This document shows positions 61,702-64,000 of a DNA stretch of 64,000 nucleotides, piece by piece. Location of the stretch: NCBI GenBank assembly GCA_040437565.1, contig JBDOQK010000011.1, positions 186,001-250,000 on the forward strand. The letters run 5' to 3'. How positions within the stretch are numbered: position 1 is the first letter of the stretch; each line of letters starts with the position of its first letter. The DNA is from Albugo candida. Its lineage: Eukaryota. The notes under the pieces were generated by a model. It was not told the origin of the DNA, searched no databases, and was given only the letters and a program-made list of their open reading frames with translations. A program made the translations under genes and the position numbers.

Positions 61702-64000
61702 GATTATTGGATAGTCACGCAAGTCGTAAATACAAATTTGCTTGGTTCTGGACAAATACGTACTTAAAACGAAATCACAGGTGATAGGTCAACTGCCACT
61801 TTGACAAACAGGTCAAATAAAACAAAAGAATCGGTAGCGAAACTAAATAAGCCTTAAGATCGATTTCTTTCGATAGTATTACAGTATTATAATAATTGAC
61901 CTTTAACTAATATGCTGGTCGCTTTTCGATTGGACCAGCGAGTCTGTACCCATTGCAGAGAATGATTATATAAGATGGATAGTCTGAACCCATACTTTTG
62001 GCGCCAGTAAAGTTATCCTCATCATTATCAAGCAAGACTCCTGAGACGGAAAGGTTGAATAGAGCTTAAAGAGTCTGTAACTGGATAGGAAGAATAGGCA
62101 ATGTCTAAGCACCACGATGATACATTGTATTGTCATAAGCTGACAAAGTAACCATTCTGAATTGTGTAGCTGCAGCGGAAATCTCGCTTCCTGCAAAAGC
62201 TTGATGCAATTTCAGACTGCTCTACGCTAATCTAATTATTAATATGATAAAGCTCTGATCAAGCGGTATCTACGTTTGATTGTCTTCCGAAGAGTCTAAA
62301 AGCTATTGAGAAATATGAATAAGACGCCACACGAGAACGGAGCCTATGCAGCGCGAAACGTGCGCATCTGAAAACACACTATCATTCAACCAATCCAACA
62401 CTTGCAACCACGGAAGTCGGTATGCATTGACTTCGTGTACCGAATCATTCTATTGATCATAATATTACAAAGGACTATTAGAACATTACATGGCCAAGAC
62501 CGTTGGCGAACGGCAAAGTTTCAAGATCATAAAATAGCACAATGAGGCTCCACGTACCAAAAAGGAAGAATTTGCAGTCAATGGAAAGCAAGTTTCACAC
62601 TATATATATTTAAAGCTGTGTACGAGCTGAAGAACAAGACGTACGCATGGAATGAAGCTATCACTGACATTTTAGAGTCGGCTGAGCTAAGAGATGCTTT
62701 ATGTTATGCTTTTAAGCTTTGGGAAAGTCAAAATTGACTCGCAGAAGCTCCAAAGCGATGCTTGAGCTCTTGGGGTTGCGCTAATGGATATCTGGTGAGT
62801 GCATACATGGACAAAGTCGTAACGCGTAACCGATGTCAAGTGATGCTACGAATGGAATAGCAATACAACTATATTTTGGTGGGACGTTTTGTGGAAAGCC
62901 CCTGGAACATCGCTTCGATGGGTGCCTAAACATGAGGCATGGTGAAGTCTTTCTGGCATATTGCGTGGCTCTAGTACATCGGAAAGAGCTCAGTGCTACT
63001 CAGTACAACAAAATGAGTGAGGCTCTTAGGAAGAATGATGAAATGTTGTTTTAAAGTAGCTAATCATCTCAATGGCTTTCAATTATGGCTTGTTAAGGTT
63101 CTGTAGCCGAGATGTGAGAACACCCACAATTCCGAACCTAGGGGCGAAGATCGCTTCAGCATAGCGACGCTTCCTCCCTTCAAAATTCATCAGCTCTTAG
63201 TCTGGGGAGTTGGAAAGATGAAAATGGTCAAATATTGCCATTTTCTGAGATTTGTCAATCGCTGCTTCCGCGACGCCTGCCGTACAACATGGACTGTATC
63301 CGTTGTATGATTCAAACTCGTTTGCTGAGCATACGTGCTATAAAGCTAGAAAACAAGTGAATTTAGCTTTTTTGGTGGGATGACAGAGAGAAGTACCACA
63401 AAAATCATCGCCATTGAGCAAAATCAAAATAATTTAAGGGCGAGTTGCAAGTAGAATGAAAATGCCACAAGAGATAGGAGGAAGAAGCTACGTAAAAATG
63501 GAAAAGAGATGGGACACGAAGTGATATCATGGCTATGGATGTTGCTGATGATGCAGATGCACCTTCGGAGACCGAAGCGGATTTTGCAAATCAGGCCACT
63601 GCACCTCTGCGTTACAAGAACGCTTACGAAGATCAAGTTATTCTCCAAGAGATGATGCAATTGATCACGACACAACTGAACGAGTAAAAGGAAGCGGTGG
63701 AATGCTTGGCCACTTTGATAATCAGATTCTGGGACTCTCAGGTGGTGCGTGAGCCAGCCTTTTCTAATGGAAAGAAGAACATGCTACTTGATTTCGATGA
63801 AGTTGCTTCGTCGATGTGGAAAGCACAAAGGTTCACTCTATATCACTCTTGGTTCCAGCGCACTCGAAGAGAACTCATCATATATCGTGTACACAGGGAC
63901 TTGGTATTTTCGGTGCATGCTGTAGTGGCCATTCAAGCGAGATAGCGGGAAGTCAAGTAGTGTGTCTCTCCCGTCAGTGATAAGTTTTTGATAGAGGAGC

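Noticed and set aside
1-64000. CRISPR arrays, rRNA, intact tRNA genes and prokaryotic operons
   Set aside because: None were seen. The sequence is eukaryotic with spliceosomal introns, and most short ORFs in the track are antisense or out-of-frame shadows of the called genes.

Overview
This is a eukaryotic, intron-containing, very gene-dense 64-kb window. Short GT-AG introns, TCATTC-type initiator motifs, small intergenic spaces and the protein repertoire suggest an oomycete, possibly Albugo-like (inference). It holds about 25 recognisable genes: PB1-domain protein, PXMP4, Qc-SNARE, NIPBL/Scc2, di-domain globin, gankyrin-like ankyrin protein, CENP-X, FHA/Sfi1-like protein, GatA, FYVE-Fbox-SAM-protease, MED17, P5CR-like, cofilin, CUE-PH-VPS9, ZC3H3-like, CENP-C, JMJD4, TBC-ANK-ZnF, Miro, PTPMT1, Rad17, ankyrin protein, FOXRED1, S53 peptidase, class II eIF4E and eIF6. 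There is a decayed L1/Tx1-type retrotransposon at about 2.2-3.9 kb. The 11.7-20.3 kb interval is fragmented and gene-poor, with pseudogene fragments and a head-to-head pair of secreted HAD phosphatase paralogs arranged around a near-perfect DNA palindrome centred at 15312. Eight 100-N gaps are present, and three are flanked by exact duplicates that are probably assembly artefacts. The most notable items are the FYVE-F-box-SAM-HtrA-like protease fusion, the palindromic secreted HAD pair and the tandem globin. Exon boundaries were read by eye and are approximate, and no database searches were run.
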